DNA from: Anaeromyxobacteraceae bacterium
GTDB taxonomy: Bacteria; Myxococcota; Myxococcia; Myxococcales; Anaeromyxobacteraceae
Length of the DNA stretch: 64,000 bases
NCBI GenBank assembly: GCA_047602405.1
Contig: JASGHJ010000002.1
Location: 1,280,001 to 1,344,000, forward strand
Direction of reading: 5' to 3'
A program made the translations under genes and the position numbers. Below are positions 53,521 to 62,827 of this stretch, in pieces (position 1 is the first letter of the stretch; each line of letters starts with the position of its first letter). A model generated the notes under the pieces. The model did not search any database. It had not been told where the DNA came from and worked only from the letters and a program-made list of their open reading frames with translations.

Positions 53521-54570
53521 ATGCCGTTCTCGGAGATCATCGGACAGGACCGGGCCGTCGGCGCCCTCCGCGCGGCGCTCTCCCGCGGCGCGCTCCACCA
53601 CGCCTACCTGTTCGGCGGCCCGGAGGGCGTCGGGAAGGCGCGCGTGGCGCGGCTGCTCGCCCAGGCGGCCAACTGCGAGGGGCCGGTGGCGGGGGAGGCG
53701 TGCGGGACCTGCCGCCCCTGTCACAAGATCGCCGCCGGCAACCACCCCGACGTGCTCGAGGTCTGGACCGAGGCCGAGATGGCCCGGGCGAAGCGCTGGG
53801 AGCCGGCCGGGGGGAAGACGCCCTCGAAGTTCATCGTGGTCGACCAGGTGCGCGACGTGGTCGAGCACCGCCTCGCGCTCCGGCGCTTCGAGGGCCGGCG
53901 ACGGTTCGTGATCTTCGACCCCGCCGACCGGATGAACCCGCAGGCGCAGAACGCGCTCCTGAAGACGCTCGAGGAGCCGCCGCCGGAGACCACGCTCGTC
54001 CTCGTCTCCTCGAGCCCCGACTCCCTCCTCCCGACGATCCGCTCGCGCTGCCTCCGGGTGGCGTTCGCGCCGATCCCGGAGGCCCTCGTCGCCTCGCGCC
54101 TCACCGACCCATCGGTCCTGAAGAAGCCGCTCTCGCCGGCGGACGCGCGGTTCCTCGCGGCGCTCTCCGGGGGCTCGCTCGGCCGCGCGCTCGCGCTCGC
54201 GAAGGACCCCGACCACCTCGCGGAGGAGCGGGCGCTCGTCGAGGAGGCGGCGGCCCTCGACCCGGAGGACGCCGGCACCTGGCTCGCGTTCGCCGGACGG
54301 CACGGGAAGGACCGCGAGGCGGCGGGCGAGACCTGCGACCTCCTCGGGCTCTGGCTCCGGGACGTGCTCGCGGCGCAGGCGGGCTCGGCCGAGCTCGCGC
54401 TCGCCGACGTGGCCGAGGCCACCCGGCGGGTCGCCTCGCGGGTGACGCCCGCCGAGGTGCTCCGCCGGCGCGAGCGGGTCGCCCGGGCGCGGGAGTCGCT
54501 CGTCCAGAACGCCTCGCCGGTGCTCGCGCTCGAGGCCATGCTCGTGGGGTGGTTCCATGGCCGGGCCTAG
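53521..54570 (+). CDS. holB: DNA polymerase III subunit delta'
   Basis: HAYLFGGPEGVGK, CGTCRPC, NHPD, NALLKTLEEPP, TIRSRC. Confidence 0.93.
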   Translation: MPFSEIIGQDRAVGALRAALSRGALHHAYLFGGPEGVGKARVARLLAQAANCEGPVAGEACGTCRPCHKIAAGNHPDVLEVWTEAEMARAKRWEPAGGKTPSKFIVVDQVRDVVEHRLALRRFEGRRRFVIFDPADRMNPQAQNALLKTLEEPPPETTLVLVSSSPDSLLPTIRSRCLRVAFAPIPEALVASRLTDPSVLKKPLSPADARFLAALSGGSLGRALALAKDPDHLAEERALVEEAAALDPEDAGTWLAFAGRHGKDREAAGETCDLLGLWLRDVLAAQAGSAELALADVAEATRRVASRVTPAEVLRRRERVARARESLVQNASPVLALEAMLVGWFHGRA

Positions 54571-55933
54571 CTTCAGGGGGCCACCGCGCGCGGCGAAGGC
54601 CACCGGGGCCACGCTCGAGTCGTGCCTCGAGGACGTGAAGGCCGGCGCGCCGTCGCCGGTCTACCTCCTCGACGGCGACGCGTTCCTCTCGCTCCGCGCC
54701 GCGCGCGAGCTCGTGGCGGCGCTCGTCCCCGAGGCGCAGCGCGCCCTCAACGTGGTGGAGGCCGACGCCGCGACGTCGCCGGCGGAGATCGCCGCGGAGC
54801 TCGCGACGGGCGGCCTCTTCGGCGGCTCGAAGGTGGTGCTGCTCGTCGAGCCGGCGTTCCTCACCTCGAAGGAGGAGGTGGGGGAGGCGTTCGCGCGGGC
54901 GCGCGGCCAGTGGGAGAAGGGCGCGCAGCGCGACGGCGCGCGGCGGGTCCTCGCGCTCGCAGCGAAGGCGGGCTGGCAGGCGAAGGACCTCGTCGCCGAC
55001 GCGGCCCCGGACCTCGGGGCGTTCGAGAAGGACCTCGATCTCCGGCTGGGCCCGGAGGACCTGAGGTTCGTGCAGGAGGCCGCGGCCTGGGCGGTCGAGC
55101 GCGAGCTCAAGGTCGGCAAGGACGACGGCGGCCCGCTCGAGGCGCTCCTCGAGCGGGGGTTGCCGCGCGGGCACGTGCTCGTGGTGGCCGCGGGCAAGGT
55201 CGACGGGCGGCTCCCGCTCGTGAAGAAGCTCGCGGCGGCGGGGCGCCGGGTGACCTCGGAGATTGCGAACGTCGCCGAGCGCCCGTGGGACCCGCCGAAG
55301 TACGACCTCGCCCCGGTGATCGCCGACCTCCTCGCCGGAACCGGCAAGAAGGTCGACGCCGGCGGGCAGGCGCGCCTCGCGGCGCTCGTCGCCGACGACG
55401 CCCGCACGCTCGCCTCGGAGGTGGCGAAGCTCGCCGCCTACGCCGGCGACCGCAAGGTCATCACCGCCGAGGACGTGGACGCGGTCGTCACCCGGGTCGC
55501 CGAGGACGAGTTCTTCGCGCTCGGCAACGCGGTCGAGGCGCGGGACCTCGCCGCGACGATGGGGGTCCTCGACCGGGCCTTCGCGGACGGGGTGACGTCG
55601 TACCAGCTCGTCGGCATGCTGGCGGGCACGGTGCGGCGGCTCGTGGTGGAGCGGGAGCGCGCGCGGCGGGTGGCGGGCGAGGAGCCCCTCCGCTCGTCGC
55701 GCGACTGGGAGGCCCGGGTCTTCCCGGAGATCCCGGAGGACGAGCGGAAGGGAAAGAAGCCCTACGGCTTCTGGATGAAGTACCAGGCGTCGCTCCGGTT
55801 CGGGCGCGGCGAGCTCCTCTCGGCGCTCGCGGCCCTGGCGGACGCGGACGTCGCGATGAAGAGCGGGTTCGACGGGAGGCTCGCGCTCGAGCGCGTCCTC
55901 CTCGGCCTCCTCGGTGAAAGGAATCGAACGTGA
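54557..55933 (+). CDS. holA: DNA polymerase III subunit delta
   Basis: PVYLLDGD, GLFGGSKVV, SEVAKLAAY...ITAEDV, ADVAMKSG. Confidence 0.82.
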   Translation: MAGPSFRGPPRAAKATGATLESCLEDVKAGAPSPVYLLDGDAFLSLRAARELVAALVPEAQRALNVVEADAATSPAEIAAELATGGLFGGSKVVLLVEPAFLTSKEEVGEAFARARGQWEKGAQRDGARRVLALAAKAGWQAKDLVADAAPDLGAFEKDLDLRLGPEDLRFVQEAAAWAVERELKVGKDDGGPLEALLERGLPRGHVLVVAAGKVDGRLPLVKKLAAAGRRVTSEIANVAERPWDPPKYDLAPVIADLLAGTGKKVDAGGQARLAALVADDARTLASEVAKLAAYAGDRKVITAEDVDAVVTRVAEDEFFALGNAVEARDLAATMGVLDRAFADGVTSYQLVGMLAGTVRRLVVERERARRVAGEEPLRSSRDWEARVFPEIPEDERKGKKPYGFWMKYQASLRFGRGELLSALAALADADVAMKSGFDGRLALERVLLGLLGERNRT

Positions 55934-58044
55934 GCGAGAAGATCCTGGTGACGAGCGCGCTGCCCTACGCGAACGGCTCGGCGCACCTCGGCCACATGGT
56001 CGAGTACGTCCAGACCGACGTGTACGTGCGGTACCGCCGCCTCTGCGGCGACCACGTCACCTACGTCTGCGCGGCGGACTCGCACGGCACGCCCATCGAG
56101 GTCAACGCGGCGAAGGCCGGGATGACGCCGAGGGCGTTCACCGAGAAGTACCGCGCCGAGCAGCACGCGGACTTCAAGGCGTTCGGGGTCGACTTCTCGA
56201 CGTACTACACGACCGACTCGGAGGAGAACCGGCGCTGGGCGCAGCGGGTCTACCGCGCGCTCAAGGCGAAGGGGCTCGTCTACAAGAAGTCGGTCGAGCA
56301 GCTCTACTGCGAGAAGGACGGCCGGTTCCTGCCCGACCGGTACGTGAAGGGCACCTGCCCCAAGTGCGGCACGCCCGACCAGTACGGCGACGCCTGCGAG
56401 AAGTGCGGCACGACCTACGATCCACGCGAGCTCAAGGACCCGCGCTGCGTCCTCTGCGGCACGCCGCCGGTGCCCCGCACCTCCGACCACGCCTACGTGA
56501 ACCTCCGCGAGGCGGGCGTACACGAGGTCATCCGGCGCTGGGTGGAGGCCGACGGCCACCTCGAGCCCGGCGTGCGCGAGCAGGTGAAGGGCTGGGTGGC
56601 GGACCTGCAGGACTGGTGCATCACCCGCGACGCGCCCTACCACGGCTTCCCGGTGGACGACCCGGAGTTCCCGGGCAAGTTCCTCTACGTCTGGGTGGAC
56701 GCGCCGATCGGCTACCTCTCGAGCGCCGAGCACTACTTCGCCGCCGAGGCGCCCGCGGCCGAGCGGCTCTCGCCGACGGCCTACGAGCAGCTCTACCTCG
56801 CGGAGGGCGCGCCGACCCGGCTCGAGCACTTCATCGGGAAGGACATCCTCCGGTTCCACGCGGTCTTCTGGCCCGCGATGCTCTGGGCGACCGGGTTGCG
56901 CCGCGCCGACCGCCTCAGCGTGCACGGCCACCTCACCGTGAACGGCGAGAAGATGTCCAAGTCGCGCGGGACGTTCATCACCGCGCGGACCTACCTCGAC
57001 ACCGGCCTCGACCCGGAGCTGCTCCGGTACTTCTACTCGGCGAACCAGGGCGCCGGGGCCGGCGACCTCGACCTCTCGCTCGAGGAGTTCAGGAACCGCA
57101 TCAACGCCGACCTCGCGAACAACGTCGCGAACCTCGCCTCGCGCACGGCGACCCTGCTCGGCCGCGCGGGCGCCGAGCCCGCGGACGGCCCGGATCCGGA
57201 GATCGCGAAGGCCGTCCGGGAGGCCCTCGCCGGCGCGCGCGCGGCGTACCGGGCGCTCGAGTACCGCGACGTGGTCCGGCTCGTGTCCGCGGCGGCGAGC
57301 GTCTGCAACCGGCGCATCCAGGAGGGGAAGCCCTGGGAGGATCCGACGAGCGAGGCGTCGCGGCGGCTCCTCCACTCGGTGGGCCGCGCGCTCGTGGGGC
57401 TCTCCGTGGCGCTGCACCCGATCATGCCCCGGTTCACCGCCGCGCTCGCGGCGGCGTTCGGCACGGCCGGGCTGCCGCGCTGGGACGAGGGGCTCGATCC
57501 CTTCGCCGGCCCCGGCGTGACCGCCGCCGGGAAGCCCCCGCAGATCGCCCGGCTGGACGCGAAGTCGGTCGAGAAGCTCGTCGTCGTCCAGGGCGAGGCC
57601 GCCGCGCCGGCGCCCGCGCCGCAGAAGGTGGCCCAGAGGGTGGCGAAGTCTGCGAGCCCGGCCGAGACGGCCACGAAGGCGACCGCGAAGCCCGCGGCCG
57701 CGCCGCCGGTGTTCGGCGTCATCCAGTACGACGACTTCGCGAAGGTGGAGCTCCGCGTCGCCGCGGTGAAGGCGGCCGAGAAGGTCGAGAAGGCCGACAA
57801 GCTCCTCAAGCTCACGGTCGACGCGGGGGAGGGGACGCCGCGCACGATTGTGGCGGGCATCGCGCTCGCGTTCCCCGACCCGCAGTCCCTCGTCGGGAAG
57901 CACATCGTGGTCGTCGCGAACCTCGAGCCGCGCGCGCTGCGGGGCATCACCTCGCAGGGCATGCTGCTCGCGGCCGGCGAGCCGCCGAACCTCTCGGTGG
58001 TGTCGGTGCCGGACACCATCGCGCCGGGCACGCGGGTGAAGTAG
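55930..58044 (+). CDS. metG: Methionine--tRNA ligase
   Basis: ALPYANG..HLGH, zinc knuckles, YVWVDAPIGY, KMSKS, C-terminal tRNA-binding OB domain. Confidence 0.97.
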   Translation: MSEKILVTSALPYANGSAHLGHMVEYVQTDVYVRYRRLCGDHVTYVCAADSHGTPIEVNAAKAGMTPRAFTEKYRAEQHADFKAFGVDFSTYYTTDSEENRRWAQRVYRALKAKGLVYKKSVEQLYCEKDGRFLPDRYVKGTCPKCGTPDQYGDACEKCGTTYDPRELKDPRCVLCGTPPVPRTSDHAYVNLREAGVHEVIRRWVEADGHLEPGVREQVKGWVADLQDWCITRDAPYHGFPVDDPEFPGKFLYVWVDAPIGYLSSAEHYFAAEAPAAERLSPTAYEQLYLAEGAPTRLEHFIGKDILRFHAVFWPAMLWATGLRRADRLSVHGHLTVNGEKMSKSRGTFITARTYLDTGLDPELLRYFYSANQGAGAGDLDLSLEEFRNRINADLANNVANLASRTATLLGRAGAEPADGPDPEIAKAVREALAGARAAYRALEYRDVVRLVSAAASVCNRRIQEGKPWEDPTSEASRRLLHSVGRALVGLSVALHPIMPRFTAALAAAFGTAGLPRWDEGLDPFAGPGVTAAGKPPQIARLDAKSVEKLVVVQGEAAAPAPAPQKVAQRVAKSASPAETATKATAKPAAAPPVFGVIQYDDFAKVELRVAAVKAAEKVEKADKLLKLTVDAGEGTPRTIVAGIALAFPDPQSLVGKHIVVVANLEPRALRGITSQGMLLAAGEPPNLSVVSVPDTIAPGTRVK

Positions 58045-58869
58045 ATGCCCGCCCCGCGCAGCGAGGGCGGCGCGACGCTGATCGACGCCCACGCGCACCT
58101 CGACGCCGATCGCTACGGGGAGGACCTCGAAGCGGTCGTCGCCCGGGCGAAGGCGGCGGGGCTCGAGCGGATCGTCTGCGTCGGGGTCTGGCAGCCGGCG
58201 GACCCCGCGGCGGGCACCTCGAGCGGCTTCGGTGACGCCGTGAAGCTCGCGCGCCGGGAGCCCGGCTACTTCGCCGCGACCGTCGGGTTCCACCCGCACG
58301 AGGCGAAGGCGGTCCAGGCCGCAGACTGGGCGGAGGCGGAGGCGCTCGCGCGCGACCCCGCGGTCGTCGCCATCGGCGAGGCCGGGCTCGACTACCACTA
58401 CGACCTCTCCCCGCGGGACGTGCAGGCCGAGGTCTTCCGCCGCTGCATCCGGCTCGCGCACGCCGCGGGGAAGCCCCTCGTCGTGCACACGCGGGAGGCG
58501 GACCAGGACACGGTGAAGATCCTGGAAGAGGAGGGCGTCCCCGCGAGGGGCGCCGTCATCCACTGCTTCACGAGCGACGCGCCGGCGGCGAAGGCTTACC
58601 TCGCGCTCGGCCTGTACATCTCGGTCGCGGGCATCGTGACCTTCAAGACCGCCGAGCCCATCCGCGAGGCGGTGAAGCTCGTGCCGCGGAATCGGCTCAT
58701 GGTCGAGACCGACTGCCCGTACCTCGCGCCGATCCCGCACCGCGGGAAGCGCAACGAGCCCGCGTTCGTGGCCCACACCGCCGCGAAGGTGGCCGAGGTC
58801 TGGGGCGTCGCGCCGGACGAGGTCGCGCGGCTCACGACCGAGAACGCGAGGCGGTTCTTCGGGCTGTAG
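58045..58869 (+). CDS. tatD: TatD family hydrolase
   Basis: DAHAH, GFHPH, IGEAGLDY, HTREA, HCF, ETDCPY, RGKRNEP. Confidence 0.95.
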   Translation: MPAPRSEGGATLIDAHAHLDADRYGEDLEAVVARAKAAGLERIVCVGVWQPADPAAGTSSGFGDAVKLARREPGYFAATVGFHPHEAKAVQAADWAEAEALARDPAVVAIGEAGLDYHYDLSPRDVQAEVFRRCIRLAHAAGKPLVVHTREADQDTVKILEEEGVPARGAVIHCFTSDAPAAKAYLALGLYISVAGIVTFKTAEPIREAVKLVPRNRLMVETDCPYLAPIPHRGKRNEPAFVAHTAAKVAEVWGVAPDEVARLTTENARRFFGL

Positions 58870-58969
58870 GGGAGACGGATCCGGAGGACGGAGCCCGCGG
58901 CGTCTCGCCGCCCCCGTCGGCGCGCCGCCCCTCCTTGCCTCGCCAGGAACCGCCGTGTTCCATGGGGGC

Positions 58970-59737
58970 ATGAGGTTCGCTCCCTGCCGGTGCGCCGCGC
59001 TCGTCTCGACGCTCCTCCTGCTCGCGGCGTGCGCTGGTGGGGCAGGGCAGCAGGCCCAGGATGGGCCGCTCCCCCGGCGTCCGCTCCGTCCCTCGCTCTC
59101 CTCTTGCGTGTCGCTCGACGGGGCTCCTGCGCCGTCCATCGAGCGCCTGCCCGGCGCGGTGCGCGACGCGAGCGGCTGGCGTGCCCGGGTGACCGGGACT
59201 CCCGTCGTGCCTCCGCCTCCGGCGCCGCTGTTCTGCAGCCGCGGCGCCTCGCAGACCGTCGGGGTCGACTCCGGCGGACATCGCTGGGTGTTCGGCTACG
59301 CCCTCATCGACGGCGGCGCCGACGTCACGCCGTCGCTCGCCCCGCCGTCCGGGGAGGTCACGCTCACGCTGCGGGTCGAGGACTCGTTCGCGGCGTTCCA
59401 GAGCCTCGCGCTCACGGACGAGGGCGGAATGCTCGCGGCGGTGAATGCCGGTGCGCTGCTGCTCGACCCGGCGGACACCGGCGGCGTCGTCATCGAAGGC
59501 AAGGAGGCGGTGGCGCCGACCTATTCCGGTGACTGCGGGCGGACGCGCGACCGGGTGGTGTCGTTCGACGCTCCGGGGCTCCCTCCGGCGGAGCTGCGTC
59601 CCGGGGAGCGCGCGGAGCTGGGTGCGGCCGGGCCGAACGCCTGGAACGTCGACGCGTACACCTGGCTCGGCACGGTCTCGTGCACGGACCTCACCGAGGT
59701 CGCGATGACGCTCGCCTGGCGGTCGCCTCCGCCGTAG
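58970..59737 (+). CDS. Hypothetical lipoprotein
   Basis: Lipobox LAAC. Fills the gap between tatD and the HAD gene. More A/T-ending codons than neighbours. Confidence 0.6.
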   Translation: MRFAPCRCAALVSTLLLLAACAGGAGQQAQDGPLPRRPLRPSLSSCVSLDGAPAPSIERLPGAVRDASGWRARVTGTPVVPPPPAPLFCSRGASQTVGVDSGGHRWVFGYALIDGGADVTPSLAPPSGEVTLTLRVEDSFAAFQSLALTDEGGMLAAVNAGALLLDPADTGGVVIEGKEAVAPTYSGDCGRTRDRVVSFDAPGLPPAELRPGERAELGAAGPNAWNVDAYTWLGTVSCTDLTEVAMTLAWRSPPP

Positions 59738-59748
59738 CGTTCGCGGCG

Positions 59749-60480
59749 CTACCCGCCCCAGCTGCCCCACTCGTCGGCGACGTCGCCGGCCTCGGTCTCG
59801 CCCGGGCGGCCGCGCTCGCTCCACGCGACGACCTCCCAGCCGCGGCGCTCCGCGACCTCGCGGAACGGGGCCTTCGGGTTCACGACGACGGGGTTGCCGA
59901 CCGTCTCGAAGAGCGGGATGTCGGCGATCGAGTCCGAGTAGAGGTAGCTCTGGGCCGGGTCGAGGTCCATCCGGTCCATGGTCGCCTCGACGGCGGCGCG
60001 CTTCCCCTCGCGGAAGACGACCGGCGGGATGATCTCGTCGGTGATCTTGCCCTCGACGATGCGGGTGCGGGTGCCGATGGCCGCGTGCACGCGCAGGTGG
60101 CGGCCCACCTCGTCGATGATGAACTGCGGCGAGCCGGACGCGATGACGACGAAGTGGCCGGAGAGGAGGTGCTTCCTGATCTGGCGGATGCCGCCAGAGG
60201 TGATGCGCTTCCTCAGGTGGCGCTCGAAGCAGCGGTGCGCGTGGCCGCGGACGTCGTCGGCCCAGAGCCCCTGCTGGCACTTCGAGCCGACCTCGACCAT
60301 GTCCTGCTCGGTGAGCCGGTCGCGGGCGTACTCGTAGATGATGCGCGGGATCCTCGCCCGGATGTCCGGGAGCATCACGCGCTCCCGGTACAGGTACCAG
60401 CTGAAGATCGTGCCGGCGTTGCCGTCGAGCAGCGAGTCGTCGACGTCGAAGATGGCGGCGGTTCGGCGGAAGGGGACCAT
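59749..60480 (-). CDS. HAD-IB family hydrolase
   Basis: FDVDDSL, IASGS, GK, YSDSIADIPL...VVNP. Confidence 0.9.
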   Translation of the reverse strand: MVPFRRTAAIFDVDDSLLDGNAGTIFSWYLYRERVMLPDIRARIPRIIYEYARDRLTEQDMVEVGSKCQQGLWADDVRGHAHRCFERHLRKRITSGGIRQIRKHLLSGHFVVIASGSPQFIIDEVGRHLRVHAAIGTRTRIVEGKITDEIIPPVVFREGKRAAVEATMDRMDLDPAQSYLYSDSIADIPLFETVGNPVVVNPKAPFREVAERRGWEVVAWSERGRPGETEAGDVADEWGSWGG

Positions 60481-60534
60481 CGGTCCCCTCCATCCTAACC
60501 CGGCCGCCCTTCGACGCGCTCCTGCCGCGCTGCG

Positions 60535-62076
60535 CTACTCCGCCGGCTTCTCGCCCGCGGGGGCCTCGGCCGCCGGGGCGGGCTCGCTCGCGGCGGGCGG
60601 CTCGGGGGCCGGCTCCGCGGCGGCGGGCGCCTCGGTCGCCTTCGACGGGTCCTCGAGCTTGGCGGCGAGGGCGGCGAAGGGGTTGTGGGTCAGGTTGCGG
60701 GGCTTCTCGGGCGGGCGGTGCGGGCCCTTGTCGCCCGGGAGCCGCGGGCCCTGGTAGCCGCGCTTCTTGTCGCCGAACCCGCCGGGGCCGCGCGGACCGC
60801 CGCGGTCGGGCGGGCCGCCGTGCGGGCGGCGCTCGGGGCGGGCCTCGGCGGCGGGCGCGCCACCCTCGGCGGGCTTCGCCACCGGGGCCGCGCCGGCCTC
60901 GCCGGCCGGGGCGGCCTTCTCGCCCTCGGCGCGCGGGGGCCTGGGCTCGCGCTTCGGCTTCGGCGGACGCTGCTCCTTCCGCTTCTGGGCGTTCTGGCCG
61001 CCACCGCCGCCGCCGTGCTGGCCGTCGCGGGGCACGTAGATGACCGGGGTCATCACCTCGGCGGGCGGGCCCTTCTTCTCGGCCTGCACCGTCGGCAGGG
61101 CGCCGCGCCAGATCGGCTGCTCGTAGACGTTGTCCGAGCTCGTCCAGCGGCGGTGGCCGCCCTCCTTGCCCATCAGGTTGAGCCAGGAGTTCACGCGGGA
61201 GTCGATCTCGTCGATCTCGTGCGTGAGGAGCGCCTCGAGCGTCATCGGCACCTTGGGCGAGCCGTACTCGAGCTTGCCGTGGTGGGCGAGGACGAGGTGG
61301 ACGAGCTGGTGCTCGAGCTCGCGCGGCACGCCGAGGCGGCGGGCGCGGTCGTGGATCCACTGCGCCGTCATGACGTGGTGGCCGACGAGGCGGCCCTCGT
61401 CGGAGTACTCGGGGCTCCGCTCCGAGCCGAGCTCGCGGATCTTGCCGAGGTCGTGGAAGAACGCGCCCGCCACGAGGAGGTCGCGGTCGACCTGCGGGTA
61501 CTGGTCGGCGAGGCGGTGCGCGAGCTTCAGGCACGCGACGGTGTGCTCGAGCAGGCCGCCCGGGTAGGCGTGGTGGACGGACTTCGCGGCCGGCCAGCGG
61601 CGCAGCCGGGCGGCGATGTCGTCGTCCTCGACGAACGACTGCACGAGCGCCTTCACGTGCGGGTCGACGATCGGCTCGACGAGCGCGAGGAGCTCCTTCC
61701 ACGGGCCGTCCTCGTGCTCGGCCGGGGCCGGCTTCTCGGGCTTCTTCACCTCGGGCGGCGGGACCCACACGAACTCGGCGGCGTCCACCGAGGCGGGGTC
61801 GGCGAGCTTCGCGATGGTCTCGATCCGCAGCTGCGGCTTGCCCTGGAACGTGCCGACGATGCCCTCCACCTCGACGAGGTCCTTCTCCTCGAAGAGGGCG
61901 GCGAGCTCCTCGACCTTCTCGAAGGCGCGCGCCTCGAGCTCGCCCGTCTTGTCCTGGAAGGTGGCCGCGAGGTACGTCTTGCCGCTCTTGGCGGTCTGGA
62001 TCGCCTTGCGAGCGACGAGGAAGACGCTCTTCGGGCGCTCTCCCTCCTTGACGTCCTTCACCCAGATCTTGTCCAT
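60535..62076 (-). CDS. yhaM: 3'-5' exoribonuclease YhaM family (OB + HD) with long disordered tail
   Basis: OB fold (QDKTGEL), HHAYPGGLLEH, HDLGK, HHGKLEYGSP. Confidence 0.88.
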   Translation of the reverse strand: MDKIWVKDVKEGERPKSVFLVARKAIQTAKSGKTYLAATFQDKTGELEARAFEKVEELAALFEEKDLVEVEGIVGTFQGKPQLRIETIAKLADPASVDAAEFVWVPPPEVKKPEKPAPAEHEDGPWKELLALVEPIVDPHVKALVQSFVEDDDIAARLRRWPAAKSVHHAYPGGLLEHTVACLKLAHRLADQYPQVDRDLLVAGAFFHDLGKIRELGSERSPEYSDEGRLVGHHVMTAQWIHDRARRLGVPRELEHQLVHLVLAHHGKLEYGSPKVPMTLEALLTHEIDEIDSRVNSWLNLMGKEGGHRRWTSSDNVYEQPIWRGALPTVQAEKKGPPAEVMTPVIYVPRDGQHGGGGGGQNAQKRKEQRPPKPKREPRPPRAEGEKAAPAGEAGAAPVAKPAEGGAPAAEARPERRPHGGPPDRGGPRGPGGFGDKKRGYQGPRLPGDKGPHRPPEKPRNLTHNPFAALAAKLEDPSKATEAPAAAEPAPEPPAASEPAPAAEAPAGEKPAE

Positions 62077-62150
62077 GGTCCGCGCAAGCTAGCTCAGGCC
62101 GGATGCGAGGACAACCTGAAGCGACGGGCCTTTCGCGCTAGGAACACGCC

Positions 62151-62783
62151 ATGGACATCGACCCCCGGACCGACGCCCTGATCGTCGTGGACGTGCAGCA
62201 CGACTTCCTCCCGGGTGGCGCCCTCGCCGTGCCCGACGGCGACGCGATCCTCCCCGGGCTGGCCCGGCTCGCGCCCCGGTTCGGGACCGTCGTCGCCACC
62301 CAGGACTGGCATCCGCTGGCGCACGTCTCCTTCGCGTCCAGCCACCCGGGCGCGGCGGCGTACGGGACGATCGCGCTCGCGCAGGGGCCCCAGGAGCTCT
62401 GGCCGGACCACTGCGTGCAGGGCACGCGCGGCGCCGAGCTCCACCCCGCCGTCCCGGAGGAGCCGGTGACGCTGAAGCTGCGCAAGGGCACCCGCCCCGA
62501 CGTCGACTCCTACAGCGCCTTCCGGGAGAACGTCGGGCCGGACGGCACCCGGCCGACGACGGGGCTGGGCGCGTGGCTCGCCGCCCGCGGCGTGCGCCGG
62601 GTGTTCGTGGCCGGGCTCGCGCGCGACTTCTGCGTCCGCGCGACCGCCGTGGACGCCGCCGCCGAGGGCTTCGAGACCCTGGTGATCGACGGCCTCACCC
62701 GCGCCGTCTTCCCGGACCGAAAGGCCGATATCGACGCCGCCTTCGCGCGCGCCGGGGTGCGCGTCATCGCACAGGTCGGGTAG
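62151..62783 (+). CDS. pncA: Nicotinamidase/pyrazinamidase
   Basis: VDVQHDF.PGGAL, DWHP, WPDHCVQGT, YSAF, GLARDFCV. Confidence 0.94.
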   Translation: MDIDPRTDALIVVDVQHDFLPGGALAVPDGDAILPGLARLAPRFGTVVATQDWHPLAHVSFASSHPGAAAYGTIALAQGPQELWPDHCVQGTRGAELHPAVPEEPVTLKLRKGTRPDVDSYSAFRENVGPDGTRPTTGLGAWLAARGVRRVFVAGLARDFCVRATAVDAAAEGFETLVIDGLTRAVFPDRKADIDAAFARAGVRVIAQVG

Positions 62784-62827
62784 GCCCGGTTCTTGACCCT
62801 TCCGGGCTGCGGCGCTTCACTCGCGGG

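Noticed and set aside
60535..60545. CTACTCCGCC match to the divIVA end repeat
   Set aside because: Only about 10 bp, explained by a shared Ala-Glu-stop ending.
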